Shown here piece by piece: positions 15,633 to 16,884 of a DNA stretch of 16,884 bases; the stretch's first letter is position 1, and every line of letters starts with the position of its first letter. The stretch lies in IMG/VR virus record IMGVR_UViG_2675903366_000007; one strand, 5' to 3'. Made by a program: the position numbers and the translations under genes. The notes beneath the pieces were generated by a model. That model did not search any database. It had not been told where the DNA came from and saw nothing but the letters and a program-made list of their open reading frames with translations. Origin of the DNA: a virus (lineage: Duplodnaviria > Heunggongvirae > Uroviricota > Caudoviricetes).

Positions 15633-16293
15633 TATGTCCTCGACAACTAAAAACACTGCGTACAAAACTCAAAAGCAGGGAGTTATTTATAAAATTTCAT
15701 AAAGAATAATTACCGATAGCGACAATTCATTGTTCTTGAATTTTGAAAAATAGCAAGACAAAACAATGTAAACTTATTTAAAAAAACTTCTTATTATGTA
15801 AACAAAACAACCAATTCGTTATATAGGAAAAACAAATAGTACACAAGAAAATATTCAACAGGGGTATTACATTCAACCATAAGAGTAATCGTCTCTTTGG
15901 TAACTAATACCGAACATTTTATTGTAACACGGCGTATGGCACATGCGTCGTTAGCGGTCTGGGGACGTTAAAGGGGACAATCCACTCCTTGCTCGGGCAA
16001 ACAAACCAGGTAGCCGGAATGTGCAAGTCAATGATGATGCTGATAAGACGCCTAACCAGCGTGGCGATCCGGTTTGACGCCTGGGAAGAGACCAGGGTGC
16101 AACGATGAGGGTATTTATGGAGCCGCGACAAAGTGTGGTGCCGTAACTGGCTAAGTGCTCTCAGCGTTGTGGTAATCCGCGAAATGGCGCGGCGGTAAGT
16201 ATGGCGGGGTTACTCTTTCCCCGTTGAGGACACCGGATTGTCAGGTTGACCATACGCCTGAGTGACAACCCCACCACAACAGCCACTGCTTTG

Positions 16294-16345
16294 GCGGTAC
16301 CAGTTTGTACACTTGCTTCCGGCTGGTACCGCTCTTTTTACAAAA
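16294..16345 (+). terminator. Hairpin plus U-tract (terminator or attenuator-like) upstream of the 16477 gene
   Basis: 10-bp inverted repeat GCGGTACCAG (16294..16303) and CTGGTACCGC (16323..16332) around a 19-nt loop, followed by TCTTTTTAC. Confidence 0.3.
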
Positions 16346-16476
16346 CAGAGAAGAGCATCACCGGACGACGGGCTCATAACCCAATCCATCCGGGCGGCAG
16401 CCACCGCAGGTGTTCTTCTCTGTTTTGTGGAGAAACTAATCGGCCTTGCAGGGTCGATATGATGAGGAGCAGCAAA

Positions 16477-16839
16477 ATGGCTAGCGAACGCAGTACTGAT
16501 GTGCAGGCATTTATCGGGGAGCTGGACGGCGGCGTATTTGAAACCAAAATCGGCGCAGTTCTCAGTGAAGTCGCTTCCGGTGTGATGAACACGAAAACCA
16601 AAGGTAAGGTCTCACTCAACCTGGAAATCGAACCATTTGATGAGAACCGTGTGAAAATCAAACACAAACTCTCATATGTTCGCCCGACTAACCGCGGGAA
16701 AATTTCCGAAGAAGACACTACCGAAACGCCGATGTATGTCAATCGCGGTGGTCGCCTGACTATTCTGCAGGAAGACCAGGGACAGTTACTGACTCTTGCC
16801 GGTGAACCTGACGGAAAACTCCGCGCAGCAGGTCGTTAA
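16477..16839 (+). CDS. Hypothetical protein (120 aa), first gene of the leftward (pL-side) early region
   Basis: MASERSTDVQAFIGELDGGVFETKIGAVLSEVASGVMNTKTKGKVSLNLEIEPF... GAGGAG 9 nt upstream of ATG 16477. The long track ORF from 16246 is an upstream extension without support. Confidence 0.55.
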   Translation: MASERSTDVQAFIGELDGGVFETKIGAVLSEVASGVMNTKTKGKVSLNLEIEPFDENRVKIKHKLSYVRPTNRGKISEEDTTETPMYVNRGGRLTILQEDQGQLLTLAGEPDGKLRAAGR

Positions 16840-16884
16840 TATCGTTTTTAATTAACTGATTATTTATCTCATCACTGAATATCT

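Noticed and set aside
15919-16404. Minus-strand ORFs 15919..16131 and 16210..16404, and the upstream extension of the 16246..16839 ORF
   Set aside because: No ribosome-binding sites and low-complexity or odd composition. The plus-strand gene has a clear SD-linked ATG at 16477.

Overview
This window is a reverse-oriented segment of a lambdoid prophage from an enterobacterium, mosaic in make-up: HK97-type packaging and head genes, a lambda-type lysis cassette and a lambda-type immunity region. All calls rest on reading the six-frame translations and the raw sequence by eye; no homology search was run. Gene order, right to left on the minus strand: cro, cII-like, partial ORF, 50-N assembly gap, Rha, small ORF, O-like replication protein, PerC-like, LexA-DBD protein, RusA, KilA-N, DUF968, antiterminator Q, then plus-strand cargo, holin, R lysozyme, Rz/Rz1, a tandem 286-bp repeat, HNH endonuclease, putative cos, TerS, TerL, small membrane ORF, portal and prohead protease (runs off the window start). 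The cI repressor is on the plus strand, followed directly by a terminator and a pL-like operator/promoter. The strongest candidate for an undescribed system is an AT-rich, translationally coupled two-gene cassette at 6778..8341 (+): a soluble ~343-aa protein plus a ~179-aa protein with four hydrophobic segments, inserted antisense in the Q-holin moron hotspot. I could not assign either protein to a family; the architecture resembles a sensor plus membrane-effector defence pair (RexAB-like by architecture only). Secondary items are a tandemly duplicated HNH-leader element whose hairpin shows compensatory substitutions, and a second AT-rich island with a 69-aa ORF next to pL.
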